Assembly: GCA_963675595.2 (NCBI GenBank)
Contig: CAXXLZ010000002.1
Location: 2,528,001 to 2,592,000, forward strand
Length of the DNA: 64,000 nt
DNA from: Thermodesulfobacteriota bacterium
GTDB taxonomy: Bacteria > Desulfobacterota > Desulfarculia > JACQYL01
Direction: 5' to 3'
The notes beneath the pieces are model-generated. The model worked only from the letters and a program-made list of their open reading frames with translations, searched no databases and was not told where the DNA came from. Shown in pieces: positions 19,104-29,722 of the stretch. Positions within the stretch are counted from its first letter, which is position 1. Every line of letters begins with the position of its first letter. Made by a program: the position numbers and the translations under genes.

Positions 19104-19589
19104 TCACGACGCGTCCGCCGGACGGGCGGCACCGCTGAAGGGTTCCAGGTAGGGGCCGGCCAACGGAGCCAATTCGTCCTCATCCACACGAACGTTGTCT
19201 CCGTCGGTTTCCATACGTAACGAACCGCTTCGGTCGTAGGCCCTGCCCTGCAACCGAGTCAGGTATCCATTGGTAAATTGCTGAGTTCGGACGGCAACCA
19301 ACACTTCGCCGGCACCCGACACCACCTGAAATCCCCCCCGAACGGGTCGGTAAACACAATTGCCGGGATTCTCTCCGAGACGGTTCCAATTGATTTCCAC
19401 CAACAATTCGCCCTGCTCATCGAACAGGCGGCCGGAACAGCGAGGCGTAGTTTCACCGGGAAGGACGAAATCCGCCAGAAAATAGAAGTCGCCTTTGGAC
19501 CCCGGATCGCCCATCACAAAACCGGGAATCACCCGGTTGTTGACCAGGTAATTGTGATGAGCGCTGACCAGGCTTTGCTTCACCTTCAA
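19104..19589 (-). CDS. Hypothetical protein
   Basis: GAGGG RBS; last gene of the ETF operon; beta-rich sequence. Confidence 0.65.
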   Translation of the reverse strand: MKVKQSLVSAHHNYLVNNRVIPGFVMGDPGSKGDFYFLADFVLPGETTPRCSGRLFDEQGELLVEINWNRLGENPGNCVYRPVRGGFQVVSGAGEVLVAVRTQQFTNGYLTRLQGRAYDRSGSLRMETDGDNVRVDEDELAPLAGPYLEPFSGAARPADAS

Positions 19590-19604
19590 TGCATTCCCTC
19601 CGGT

Positions 19605-20615
19605 TCAGAATCTTTTTCGAAGCTCTTCCAGGAGCAGGCCCACAATGGTTCTGCCGTCGCCCACGATACCCAGGTCGGCCATTCTGAAAATCGACGCCTT
19701 GGGATCCCGATTAATCGCAATGATGGTTTCGGCGCCGCGGATACCGGCGGTATACTGGAGCGCCCCGGACGTACCGATGGAGATAAGCAGCTTGGGCTTG
19801 ACGATGCGGCCCGTCTGGCCGATCAGCCGATCGGGAGCAGCCCACCCCGCCTGGATCGCGGGCAACGTGGCCCCCACTTCCGCTCCCAGCAAGTCCGCCA
19901 GTTCGAAAAGAGTCTCGAATTGATCCTTGGAGCCCATGCCACGGCCGCCCACGATCACCAGAGGGGCGTCCTCAAGGCGGGTTTCCCGATCTCTTTCCGG
20001 ACGACTTCGGATCTTTTCCACCCGTTCGTCGGGTATGATCTCCAACTCCGGATAGAGGATACACCCCACGGCGGAGGCGTCGTGAGGCAGTTCCTTGAAC
20101 GTGCCGGGATGCACCGTGGCCATTTGGGGACGTCGATTGGGGCATACGATTTCAGCCAGCAATTCCCCGCCGAACGCCGGGGTAATCTGCACAAGGCCCC
20201 GATCCGACGGGTCGATTTCCAGGTCTACGCAATCCGAACTCAAACCCGTGTCCAGCCGCTTGGCCAACCGTGGAAACAACTCTCTGCCGAACCGGGTGGC
20301 GCCCCCCAGGATGATTTCGGGACGATACAACTCCACCAACTGAGACATGATGCCGGAGTATGTTTCGGCTCGGTAGTCTTTCAGGGCCGGAAGATCCACC
20401 ACCACCACCGTGTCGGCACCGTGGGCCACGTACTCCATCGCCCACTGGTGCACCCGTTCCCCCAACAGCAGAACGGTCACCCCTGTATCCAGTTTTCCGG
20501 CCAAGTCCTTGGCTCTGGCGATCAGCTGCAGCGTCACCCGGTTCTTGAAGTAATTCCGGTAATCTCCAAAAACCCAGACCCGCCCGCAGGCGTCGCTACT
20601 CTGCACTCTCCTCAT
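19605..20615 (-). CDS. etfA: Electron transfer flavoprotein alpha subunit
   Basis: PAFGG..A.I.C...RPQMATV.PG, GGRG, IGQTG..V.PKL..G.SGA.Q and IAINRD. Confidence 0.93.
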   Translation of the reverse strand: MRRVQSSDACGRVWVFGDYRNYFKNRVTLQLIARAKDLAGKLDTGVTVLLLGERVHQWAMEYVAHGADTVVVVDLPALKDYRAETYSGIMSQLVELYRPEIILGGATRFGRELFPRLAKRLDTGLSSDCVDLEIDPSDRGLVQITPAFGGELLAEIVCPNRRPQMATVHPGTFKELPHDASAVGCILYPELEIIPDERVEKIRSRPERDRETRLEDAPLVIVGGRGMGSKDQFETLFELADLLGAEVGATLPAIQAGWAAPDRLIGQTGRIVKPKLLISIGTSGALQYTAGIRGAETIIAINRDPKASIFRMADLGIVGDGRTIVGLLLEELRKRF

Positions 20616-21402
20616 CCAGTATCCCCAACGATTCCAATTTGCGGATCAGGGTCTCGCAAAGCACGGCCGACGTACCCTGGACAATTTCACCTTTGGACCT
20701 GGGAGGAGGAGAACTCAACTTCACCACCCAAGTGGCGGAGCCTTCAAACCCCACCTCACCCGGTTCCAACCCTAGATCCCGATGATCCCAACAGGTCACT
20801 TCGCCGAAAGAAAACGCCCGGCTCAACCCTCCCAAAGAAAGGCTTCCGGGCGCGCACAATTCTTTGGACACGGTGAGAAGCGCGGGCAAACGCACGCGGA
20901 GGGTTTCGAGCACACCATCCTCCACGCGCTTCACCACCAGCCCGTCCTCCTCCGGAAAAATCTCATTGACCGCGCACACCTGAGGAAGATCGAGTTCTTC
21001 GGCCACCTGTGGTCCCACGTGCGCCGTGTCGCTGTCTATGGTGTGGGTCCCGCACAGCACAAGGTCGGGAAACACGTCCAATCTCGATATGGCCGCGGCG
21101 AGCACGTGGGAGGTCGCCAAAGTATCGGCACCGGCGAAAACGGGGTCTGAAAGCAGTATGGCCCGATCCGCTCCGTAGGCCAGAGCTTCGCGCAATGCCC
21201 CCGCGGTTTGAGGGGGTCCCATACTCAGAACGGTGATCTCCCCCCCGAGCTGATTTCTGAGTTCCACGCCGGCCACAAGGGCGACGCAATCCAGGGGATT
21301 GATGACGCTGTCCGCCCCCTCCCGAATCACGGTCATGCGGTCCCGGTCCATTTTGAGCTTCGGGGATTCCGGAACCTGCTTGATGCACACCACGATATTC
21401 AT
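20596..21402 (-). CDS. etfB: Electron transfer flavoprotein beta subunit
   Basis: MNIVVCIKQVP, INPLD, SMGP, FAGADTLATS and IDSDTAHVGPQVAE. Confidence 0.93.
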   Translation of the reverse strand: MNIVVCIKQVPESPKLKMDRDRMTVIREGADSVINPLDCVALVAGVELRNQLGGEITVLSMGPPQTAGALREALAYGADRAILLSDPVFAGADTLATSHVLAAAISRLDVFPDLVLCGTHTIDSDTAHVGPQVAEELDLPQVCAVNEIFPEEDGLVVKRVEDGVLETLRVRLPALLTVSKELCAPGSLSLGGLSRAFSFGEVTCWDHRDLGLEPGEVGFEGSATWVVKLSSPPPRSKGEIVQGTSAVLCETLIRKLESLGILDEESAE

Positions 21403-21555
21403 TGCTTTTGTTCCAGCCCCGGTGCGAAGGCCTTGGGATTCCTCCGGCCGCACCGAAAATCGGTGATCATCAAAATTGAAGTTCATTCCGGGAAGGCGAT
21501 GGACGAACGGGCAATCGAGCCTTTCCCAAACCTGATCGAATCGGGAACGCCGGCC

Positions 21556-22698
21556 TCAAGAATCCAAGAGGCTTCTGGCGATGACCATGCGCTGAATCTC
21601 CGAAGTTCCCTCGTAAATTTCGCAAATTTTGGCGTCTCGGTAATAGCGCTCTATGGGATAGGCTTTGGTGTAGCCGTATCCTCCGTGGATCTGAAGCCCG
21701 AGTCTGGTGGCGTCCACGGCGGCCTCGGATGCAAACATCTTAGCCATCGCCGATTCCCGATTGAAGGGAACGCCTCGGTCCTTCAGGTTCGCCGCGCGGT
21801 GAAGCAACAGACGCGCCGCGTCGATGCGAGTGGCCATATCGGCCAGAAAACCCTGAATGGCCCCGAATTCGGAAATCGGCTTTCCAAACTGGAACCGTTC
21901 ACCCGCGTATTTCAGAGACGCATCCAGAGCCGCCTGGGCTATGCCCAAAGCTTGCGCACCGATTCCAACCCGTCCGCCGGCCAGGGTCGACAAAGCGACT
22001 TTCATGCCCGAGCCCTCGGTTCCGACGAGGTTCTCCTCCGGCACCCGGCAGTCGTTGAAGGAAATGGAACACACGGGATTGCCCCTCATGCCCATAAGGT
22101 CTTCCACCGGCCCCTTGGCCAACCCCTTACGCTCGCTTTCCACGATGAAAACGGAATACCTGCGTTTCTTATCATCTTGAGTGGACAAAGCAAAAACAAG
22201 GTTGATGCCCGAAACCCCGCCGTTGGTCACGAAAATCTTGTTGCCGTTGATCACGTATTCATCGCCGTGCCGCACCGCCACCGTTTCCAGGGATGCCGCG
22301 TCCGAACCCGCATTGGGCTCAGTGAGACAAAAGGTCCCGATGTGCTCCCCTTTGGCCAAAGGTACGAGTACGCGCCTTTTCTGCTCCTCGCTCCCGAAAT
22401 GGTAGACAGGGGAGGCGGATACCCCGTTGTGCACGGTCACGCACAACGCCACGGCACCCGATACTCTGGAAAGCTCCTCCACGGTGATGGCGGCGCTGAC
22501 GGCGTCCAACCCCGCCCCGCCGTATTCCTGAGGAATTTCCAGACCGAAATAGTTCAGGGTCCCCATCTCGGCGATCAGGTCCGGAGGAAGCACCCTGGTC
22601 TGTTCCATCTCCTCGATGTAGGGAGCAATCCTCTCTTCGGCGAATTTGCGGACCGTTCTTCGAATGACCGTCTGCTTGATGTCGGGTTCGAGCCTCAT
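21556..22698 (-). CDS. Acyl-CoA dehydrogenase (butyryl-CoA dehydrogenase-like)
   Basis: FCLTEPNAGSDA, GNKIFVTNG, R.QFGKPI, QIHGGYGY and IYEGTSEIQR. Confidence 0.95.
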   Translation of the reverse strand: MRLEPDIKQTVIRRTVRKFAEERIAPYIEEMEQTRVLPPDLIAEMGTLNYFGLEIPQEYGGAGLDAVSAAITVEELSRVSGAVALCVTVHNGVSASPVYHFGSEEQKRRVLVPLAKGEHIGTFCLTEPNAGSDAASLETVAVRHGDEYVINGNKIFVTNGGVSGINLVFALSTQDDKKRRYSVFIVESERKGLAKGPVEDLMGMRGNPVCSISFNDCRVPEENLVGTEGSGMKVALSTLAGGRVGIGAQALGIAQAALDASLKYAGERFQFGKPISEFGAIQGFLADMATRIDAARLLLHRAANLKDRGVPFNRESAMAKMFASEAAVDATRLGLQIHGGYGYTKAYPIERYYRDAKICEIYEGTSEIQRMVIARSLLDS

Positions 22699-22734
22699 GA
22701 AAAAAGAGATCCTCGATGATTGTCCGGCCGTCCT

Positions 22735-23433
22735 TCAGATGCCGGACTTGGTGATCTTCTGATAATACGTTCCGGAGAGATACACCGCTGCAAGGGGGTT
22801 GTGTCCCGTTACCCGGTCCTTGACGGCAAGCACCGTCGTTGGAGCTTCGGCGTATTTGAAAAACAGGGAATCGTGTCCCACACAAAGCCCCAACAAAACA
22901 TTGAACTCCGTCTTTTCGTGGTTGAGCAGCATGGCTTGATAAACAGGGTTGCACATGGCTTCGTCGGTACCCTGATATATTTTTTCCTCGTCCGTCAAGC
23001 CGATACGCTCTTTTGGAGTTCTGCCGGCTTTGCAGGCCACGGAAATCGTTTCGAAGCCCCCGGCCTTAAATATGTCCTCCACAAGGGCGGCTTCCGGAGC
23101 CAAACCGACGCAAAAAGCCAGCCCGAGGCGACGATACCCCATTTTCTGCGCAAACTCGCAGATCTCCACGATCCTGGTCTTGGAGGGTTGCATCACATAA
23201 GGGCCGGGAGCCCGGTTCGCGTAGCATTCGGCTTCCTGGATGGATGCGTTCCTGGCGAATTCCCTCACGGACGGAAGGTCGTATTGAGCATCGGCCTCTT
23301 TTAAAACCTCCGACCGCGTCAGAGTGGGACAACCTTGTGAAGGTTTGCCCTCCTCATTCATACAGAGCTTTTCCCGCATGTGCGGCTTACAGGAAGCACA
23401 CGCGGGCGTCGTTTTGGAGTCTTCTTCAGCCAA
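22735..23433 (-). CDS. DUF1847 Cys-rich metal-binding protein
   Basis: LGLAFC.GL, CK.G, MCNP..QA, GLCVGHDSLF and KDRVTGHNP. Confidence 0.88.
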   Translation of the reverse strand: MAEEDSKTTPACASCKPHMREKLCMNEEGKPSQGCPTLTRSEVLKEADAQYDLPSVREFARNASIQEAECYANRAPGPYVMQPSKTRIVEICEFAQKMGYRRLGLAFCVGLAPEAALVEDIFKAGGFETISVACKAGRTPKERIGLTDEEKIYQGTDEAMCNPVYQAMLLNHEKTEFNVLLGLCVGHDSLFFKYAEAPTTVLAVKDRVTGHNPLAAVYLSGTYYQKITKSGI

Positions 23434-23804
23434 TGCCCACCTTCCTCATCTTCAGGAACCAAAATTCTCGGGATTTTTCAGCGAAGTCAAGACAGCATAG
23501 AGCCTGCCCTCACCGGTGTCAACGGAGAGATAACTCTATCGCTGCATTCGATCGATCGTCAAACGCTACGTAGGATTTCCAGACGCCGTGTCATCTCGGT
23601 GAAGGATCATGCAGCGCCTCGCCCCTCCGTATTTCACCCGGTGCCGGAGGGTGAAAGAGCGAGGAGAGGCCGAGGCGCGACCAGGCATCCGGAGAGTCCC
23701 TCTACCCTGGTCGTAAACGCAGGGTGTTCGAGATCGGCGGGAAGCCGGACAGGAGGAATCACATCGGGGGAACCCGGACGAAAAGGAGTATCGCCGCGTC
23801 CTTA

Positions 23805-24017
23805 TCAGTTGCGGAGTAGTTTGGGTAACAAGCACTCAAGTGGGACCCGCCCATGGACCGCATGGATTCGGTGCCGCGCGGTGTCCGCAGCCCGGTTTCC
23901 ATTGCGTTCGATGGTGTCAAACGCCTCCCGCAACTCACGGTAGCGGATCCACATCCGATTCCTTCGGGCTTGATCCCCGGCGAGATAGCGATCCAGGACT
24001 TCCAGGTCTTGGCTCAT
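23805..24017 (-). CDS. Small hypothetical protein (70 aa)
   Basis: Strong GAGGAGG RBS; lies downstream of a TetR-type operator. Confidence 0.6.
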   Translation of the reverse strand: MSQDLEVLDRYLAGDQARRNRMWIRYRELREAFDTIERNGNRAADTARHRIHAVHGRVPLECLLPKLLRN

Positions 24018-24070
24018 GACGGACCTCCTCGACTTGTACGTTCTTGGTGATGGGTGACGCACCGTTCTTG

Positions 24071-24086
24071 TACGGACCGGTTGGTA
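24071..24086. promoter_or_regulatory. Putative TetR operator (second copy)
   Basis: TACGGACCGGTTGGTA is an imperfect palindrome resembling 24822-24833. Confidence 0.55.
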
Positions 24087-24139
24087 TATTTTTGTGCCCG
24101 CCTTATACTCCTCCAGGTTCCTACAACCTCAGCCTTCAG

Positions 24140-24736
24140 TTACTTACGCAGTTGGGAGATGTAGTACCGGAGCTGATTGCAGGTTTGCTTCCAGATGGAT
24201 TCGTTGCGAATGGCCGCATAGAGCGCCGAAGCTCCGCTCAGAGTAATGACGATGAAGTTGCTGATTTCTTCGAAGTTCAATCCGTCCTTGAGGAGCCCCG
24301 CTTCTTCCGCCTCTTCCAGCCACGAGCGGATCAGGCGCGCGAAACGGACAAATCCCCGAAGAACATGTTTGCTCATGGAGGTGGATTGTCCCGAGAGTTC
24401 CACAAGCATATTCAGAAAAAAACATCCGCCGTCGAAGACCTCATCCCCGATGTAGTATCGCATGTCGTTTTCAAGCGCCAGCTCTATGCGTTCCACGGGA
24501 TCCTCGACCTCACGAACCCGCTTGAACACCATGGAGCGCCAAATTCGCACCGCTTCGTCGTAGACGGCGTACCAGATATCTTCCTTGCTTCGAAAATGCC
24601 CGTAGAGACCGCCCTTGGTCAGTCCCGTAGCTGCGAGAATGTCGGCCACCGACGTATTGTAATAGCCTTTGACGGAGAAGAGCTGCAAAGAACGATCAAT
24701 GATCTTCTTTCTCGTTTGGGCGCCTTTGGCCGCCAT
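24140..24736 (-). CDS. TetR/AcrR-family transcriptional regulator
   Basis: KGY..TS..DI....GLTKGGLYGHF.SKE HTH; GGCF..N C-terminal motif. Confidence 0.95.
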   Translation of the reverse strand: MAAKGAQTRKKIIDRSLQLFSVKGYYNTSVADILAATGLTKGGLYGHFRSKEDIWYAVYDEAVRIWRSMVFKRVREVEDPVERIELALENDMRYYIGDEVFDGGCFFLNMLVELSGQSTSMSKHVLRGFVRFARLIRSWLEEAEEAGLLKDGLNFEEISNFIVITLSGASALYAAIRNESIWKQTCNQLRYYISQLRK

Positions 24737-24821
24737 GAATTGTCCTCCGCAGGCTCTGCTTGGTCGGCCGGAACCGGCTCCAATCGCCTCCCGGACCGAG
24801 CTGATGGAGCCGCCGAAAAAT

Positions 24822-24870
24822 CCGACCGGTCGGTTTATTATAACATACGGATACCCGTCTTTGACGTCAA
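24822..24870 (-). promoter_or_regulatory. tetR promoter with palindromic operator
   Basis: Minus-strand TTGACG-17 nt-TATGTT followed by the perfect palindrome CCGACCGGTCGG (24822-24833). Confidence 0.7.
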
Positions 24871-25220
24871 GTCATATTCTCACTTTCCATCACAACCCGC
24901 CGCTCAAAGCCGGACGATCCTGAGAATGCCGGAGAACCACTTCCGCTCTTCCATTTCCCGAGACCTCTCGGAGCGTACCGGCCCAACCGGCACCCCTTCG
25001 AAATTCAGCGTTTGTGTATGATCGGTCATCTCAACGAACATCCCCGAAATCGAAGAGAGTCCGGCGGCCGTCTCCATGCGCGCCTTTCTCCAATTCGCTG
25101 TTCAACTCCCGGAGATTTTCGTGTATACGAAGGAGCTAGAGTCCGGCGGCCGCTCCGAGACTCCAGGGTCCTCCTCGACCGGTCCGCCGGGTTTTCATTT
25201 GTTCGAAAAGGAGGACACCC

Positions 25221-25937
25221 ATGCCGAGACTCTCAGTGAACATAGACCACGTCGCCACGGTTCGTGAGGCCCGGAAGACCTTCGAGCCCGAGCCCGTAGC
25301 CGCCGCCGTGATGGCCCAGTTGGGCGGCGCCGACGGAATTATCGTACATCTTCGCGAAGACCGAAGGCACATCCAGGATCGGGACGTCTACCTACTTAAG
25401 GAGGTCGTCTCAACCAAGCTCAACCTGGAAATGGCCGCCACGGATGAAATCGTCCGCATCGCGCTCAACGTCAAACCGGACATGGCCACTCTGGTCCCCG
25501 AGCGGAGAGAAGAGCTGACCACCGAAGGAGGGCTCGATGTTGCGGGGAATCTTTCCCGAATCGCCGAAACGGTGTCCACGCTGAAAAGAGGGGGAATCCG
25601 AGTCAGCCTTTTTGTGGACCCCTCATTGGATCAAGTGGCCGCGGCAAAAAGAGCCGGGGCGGACATCATCGAAATCCATACGGGAGCGTATGCCGAAGCC
25701 GACTCCGAGGCCGAAGCGGAACAGCGTTTCCGGGACGCGGCCGTGGCGGCTCGAAAAGCCTACACCCTCGGACTTCGCGTCGCCGTGGGGCACGGCCTCA
25801 CCTATCACAACGTAAAACGCTTCACGCGGATTCCTGAAATCGAAGAGTTCAGTATCGGACACTCCATCATTTCCAGGGCCGTTCTGGTAGGGCTGGAGCG
25901 CGCCGTTCGAGACATGGCGGCGTTGCTGAAAGACTAG
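25221..25937 (+). CDS. pdxJ: Pyridoxine 5'-phosphate synthase
   Basis: [26 protein letters not shown] and GHGL.Y.N. Confidence 0.97.
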   Translation: MPRLSVNIDHVATVREARKTFEPEPVAAAVMAQLGGADGIIVHLREDRRHIQDRDVYLLKEVVSTKLNLEMAATDEIVRIALNVKPDMATLVPERREELTTEGGLDVAGNLSRIAETVSTLKRGGIRVSLFVDPSLDQVAAAKRAGADIIEIHTGAYAEADSEAEAEQRFRDAAVAARKAYTLGLRVAVGHGLTYHNVKRFTRIPEIEEFSIGHSIISRAVLVGLERAVRDMAALLKD

Positions 25938-26070
25938 GCTTCGGTTATTGATTTCGCTCTCTCCAGAAGTAAATGAAGCGCTTCGTCGAAAAACCCGTTT
26001 TTCACCCGTCCGCCGATGCCCTCCCACAACGGGGAGCGCATCGCCGCCAAAGCGGCATTGGAGGACCGTC

Positions 26071-27666
26071 ATGCGACTTGTGACCGCCGAGCAAATGCGC
26101 ACACTGGACCGCCGCACCATCGAGGAAACCGGCATACCCGGGGTCGTCCTCATGGAGAACGCCGGACGTACCGCCTTCCAAATCATCCATGAAATATTTT
26201 CACCTTTTTGCGGGAAGAAAGTGCTCATTTTCGCCGGAAGGGGGAACAACGGCGGAGACGGATTCGTTCTGGCGAGGTATTTTCTGGAGGCGGGCGCTTT
26301 CGTGGAAGTGCTTCTGTTGTCCACCATGGACAAGGTCGGGGGCGACGCCCGCATCAATCTGGAAATCTGTCGGAACATGGGGATTCCCATCCAGGAAGTC
26401 ACGTCGGAAGAAGACCTGTCTCCCGCTCAGGAACGCTGGTCTCAGGCGTATTTGCTGGTGGACGCCCTGTTGGGCACGGGTCTGAACTCCGAAGTTCGAG
26501 GACTTTTCGCCACCGCCATCGAGCTGATGAACCATCTTCCCACGCCCGTGGTTTCCGTAGACATTCCCTCGGGACTGGACTCGGACCGAGGCGTGATGTT
26601 GGGAACCGCGGTACAGGCCGACCTTACGGTCACCTTCGGCTTTCCCAAGATTGGACACGCGGTCTATCCGGGCCGGGGCCTGACGGGCACGCTGGCCTGC
26701 GTCGACATCTCGATCCCCGGCTCCCTGCTGAAAACCGAACGGATTCGAAGCCGTCTCCTTACACGCGAAGAATTGACCTTCCCGGCGGAACGGTCTCCGG
26801 ATGCGCACAAAGGACATTTCGGTCATCTTCTGGCTCTGGCGGGAAGTCCCGGCAAAACCGGCGCAGGAGCGCTCCTGGCCGGCGCGGCCGCCCGCGCCGG
26901 GACCGGTCTGGTCACTCTGGGCGTTCCCAAGAGTCTCAACCCCATTTTAGAGGCCAAACTCACCGAAGCCATGACCCTGCCGTTGCCTGAAACGGAAGAC
27001 GGCGTGCTGTGCAAGGAGTCTTTGGAAGCGATGGAGGCATCTTTGCCCGGCAAAACCGCATTGGCTGTCGGACCCGGAGTTTCCACCCGGCCCGAAACCG
27101 CGGAGTGCGTTTGTGAACTCATACGCCGTTCCTCCATTCCCATGGTGCTCGACGCCGACGCCCTGACCGCAATAGCCGACCGTCCGGACGTGCTCCTGGA
27201 ATCCAAGGTTCCCCTCATTCTCACGCCGCATCCGGGAGAGATGTCGCGATTGACGGGAAAGTCCACTCGTGAGATACAGACCGACCGAACGGCCGTTGCC
27301 GCTTCTTTCGCCGAAAAGTTCGGCGTCCACCTGGTGCTGAAAGGAGCACGAACCGTAATCGCCCTCCCCGATGGAGAAATCTTCGTAAACGTCACGGGCA
27401 ATCCCGGACTTGCTTCGGGCGGTACCGGAGACGTGCTCACGGGTCTTATCGGTGGATTTCTCGCCCAAGGCATGGCGCCCGAGGAAGCGGCCAAACTCGG
27501 AGTGTATCTCCACGGTCTGGCTGCCGACATGTGCGCGGAGGAAATCGGCTCCATCGGATTTCTCGCCGGCGATCTCTGTAACCGCATACCCGATGCTCTT
27601 GCCCGGCTTATGGGCGACGAGGAGGAAGCGGAATTCCCCATACCCCTGGCCGTTCTCGTGCCTTGA
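26071..27666 (+). CDS. nnr: Bifunctional NAD(P)H-hydrate epimerase/dehydratase
   Basis: LMENAG, GNNGGDG, DALLGTG, DIPSG, HKG.FG, TPHPGE and GGTGDVLTG. Confidence 0.95.
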   Translation: MRLVTAEQMRTLDRRTIEETGIPGVVLMENAGRTAFQIIHEIFSPFCGKKVLIFAGRGNNGGDGFVLARYFLEAGAFVEVLLLSTMDKVGGDARINLEICRNMGIPIQEVTSEEDLSPAQERWSQAYLLVDALLGTGLNSEVRGLFATAIELMNHLPTPVVSVDIPSGLDSDRGVMLGTAVQADLTVTFGFPKIGHAVYPGRGLTGTLACVDISIPGSLLKTERIRSRLLTREELTFPAERSPDAHKGHFGHLLALAGSPGKTGAGALLAGAAARAGTGLVTLGVPKSLNPILEAKLTEAMTLPLPETEDGVLCKESLEAMEASLPGKTALAVGPGVSTRPETAECVCELIRRSSIPMVLDADALTAIADRPDVLLESKVPLILTPHPGEMSRLTGKSTREIQTDRTAVAASFAEKFGVHLVLKGARTVIALPDGEIFVNVTGNPGLASGGTGDVLTGLIGGFLAQGMAPEEAAKLGVYLHGLAADMCAEEIGSIGFLAGDLCNRIPDALARLMGDEEEAEFPIPLAVLVP

Positions 27667-27727
27667 GCGTGGAAGGGAACATCGAACGGAATCGTGTGCA
27701 CCTCGATCTCCGGACCGGGACTTTCGG

Positions 27728-28237
27728 ATGAACGGACAAACACAACTGACCTGGGAGAGTTCGTCTCCCGACGAAACGGAGCGGTTTGGAGAAGCCCTCG
27801 GACGGCTTCTCGAGGCCGGCGACGTCGTCGCTCTCTGCGGCGATCTGGGCGGGGGGAAGACCACCATGACCCACGGCATCGCCCGCGGCCTGGAAGTCCC
27901 TTCCCGCTTCACCATACAAAGCCCCACTTTTTCCCTCGTGCATGAGTACCCCGGCCGGGTCCCCCTGATTCACATGGACTTGTATCGCATAGAAGGGGGG
28001 CCGGAAGGCGACGAACTCGGACTGGAAGAACTCCTTGAGTCGGACGGCGCGGCCGTGATTGAATGGGCCGATCGGCTTGGAGACGACCTGCCGGAAGACG
28101 CCCTCGTTGTGGAACTCATTAATGAAGGGGAATGTCAACGAAAGATATCGGTTACAGGGAGGACCGACCGGGCCCTGGGCATGATTCGGGCTCTGGCGGC
28201 GGAATTAACAAGAAGGAATCAAAGAAACGGGAGGTAG
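27728..28237 (+). CDS. tsaE: tRNA t6A biosynthesis ATPase TsaE
   Basis: GDLGGGKT, SPTF..V.EY, H.DLYR and IEWA. Confidence 0.95.
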   Translation: MNGQTQLTWESSSPDETERFGEALGRLLEAGDVVALCGDLGGGKTTMTHGIARGLEVPSRFTIQSPTFSLVHEYPGRVPLIHMDLYRIEGGPEGDELGLEELLESDGAAVIEWADRLGDDLPEDALVVELINEGECQRKISVTGRTDRALGMIRALAAELTRRNQRNGR

Positions 28238-28243
28238 GGACGG

Positions 28244-29464
28244 TTGGCGCTAATTGTCCAAAAATACGGGGGAACTTCGGTCGGGAGCATCGAGAAGATC
28301 CGAAATATCGCCGTAAAGCTTAAGACTATCAAGGAACAGGGGCACGATCTCGTCGTGGTGCTCTCCGCCATGTCGGGCGAGACGGACCGGCTGATCCGGT
28401 TGGCCCAGGAAATCACCCCTACGCCGGACACACGTGAACTGGACTGTCTCTTAAGTATCGGGGAACAGACCACGGTTTCGCTCATGGCCGTTACTCTGAT
28501 CGACATGGGGATAGACGCCGTCTCACTGCTGGGCTTTCAGGCGAAAATCATTTCCGACGACGTCCACGGGAAGGCTCGAATCGAGGATGTGGACCCGGCG
28601 AGGATTCAAGAGGAACTCGCGCAAGGTCGGATCGTCGTGGTGGCCGGTTTCCAAGGCATCGATCCGAACGGAGATATCACCACGCTCGGCAGGGGCGGGT
28701 CGGATACCACCGCGGTGGCTCTGGCGGCGGCCTTGAAGGCGGATGTGTGCGAAATTTACACCGACGTTACGGGAGTCTTCACCACCGATCCCAACGTGGA
28801 AAAGCGGGCGCGAAAGCTGGATCGGATTTCCTATGAAGAAATGCTGGAAATGGCCAGCCTGGGGGCGAAAGTTCTGGAAATTCGTTCCGTCGAGCTTGCC
28901 GTAAACCATCAAGTCGTGCTGCATGTGCGGTCCACGTTTTCAGATGAAACGGGAACATTGGTGATGAAGGAGGAAGACATCATGGAGAAACGCGTGGTTT
29001 CCGGTGTGGCCTACCGAAAGGACGAGGCCAGGGTGACCTTGACCAAGGTTCCGGACAAGCCGGGCATAGCGCAAACCATATTCAAACCCATTTCCGACGC
29101 CAACATCGTGGTCGATATGATTATTCAGAACACGAGCGCCGACTGTCTGACGGATCTGACGTTTACGGTTCCCAAGAAGGACTTCGCGCGGACCATGGCG
29201 ATGCTGACCCCTACCGCAAAGGAAATCGGAGCGCAACAACTGTTGGGGGACGAGAACATCGCCAAGGTCTCCATCGTGGGTGCGGGCATGCAGAATCATC
29301 CCGGAGTCGCGGCCAAAATGTTTGCCGCTCTCGCGACCGCAGGCGTCAACATTCTGATGATAAGCACCAGCGAGATCAAGATATCATGTGTGATCGACGA
29401 GAATTACACTGAATTGGCCGTCAGAGCCCTGCACAAGGAATTCGGACTGGACAAGGTCGCGTGA
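28244..29464 (+). CDS. lysC: Aspartate kinase
   Basis: QKYGGTSV, TLGRGGSDTTA, two ACT domains, STSEIKIS. Confidence 0.96.
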   Translation: MALIVQKYGGTSVGSIEKIRNIAVKLKTIKEQGHDLVVVLSAMSGETDRLIRLAQEITPTPDTRELDCLLSIGEQTTVSLMAVTLIDMGIDAVSLLGFQAKIISDDVHGKARIEDVDPARIQEELAQGRIVVVAGFQGIDPNGDITTLGRGGSDTTAVALAAALKADVCEIYTDVTGVFTTDPNVEKRARKLDRISYEEMLEMASLGAKVLEIRSVELAVNHQVVLHVRSTFSDETGTLVMKEEDIMEKRVVSGVAYRKDEARVTLTKVPDKPGIAQTIFKPISDANIVVDMIIQNTSADCLTDLTFTVPKKDFARTMAMLTPTAKEIGAQQLLGDENIAKVSIVGAGMQNHPGVAAKMFAALATAGVNILMISTSEIKISCVIDENYTELAVRALHKEFGLDKVA

Positions 29465-29722
29465 ATCGCATCCTTCATACGGGTTCACCGGCCGGGCGGT
29501 CGGAACGAAACCGTCGGCGGTCGACGTGATCGCTCCCCAATGAACAGCGGGGGCTTCCGACGAAGTCCCCGACTCCCCGCCGACTCCGCAAACGTGGTTC
29601 CACCCCGGCACCCTGTTGGGACGGTTCGACGAACCGCAAAGACCCGCCGCTTCGGCGGAAACCCTTAGGCCGAGATCCTGCGGATTCGCAGTGAATGCGA
29701 TCTTACGACATCCCGGACCGGC

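Noticed and set aside
25938-26070. No acpS between pdxJ and nnr
   Set aside because: Ordinary gene-order variation; no remnant is visible.
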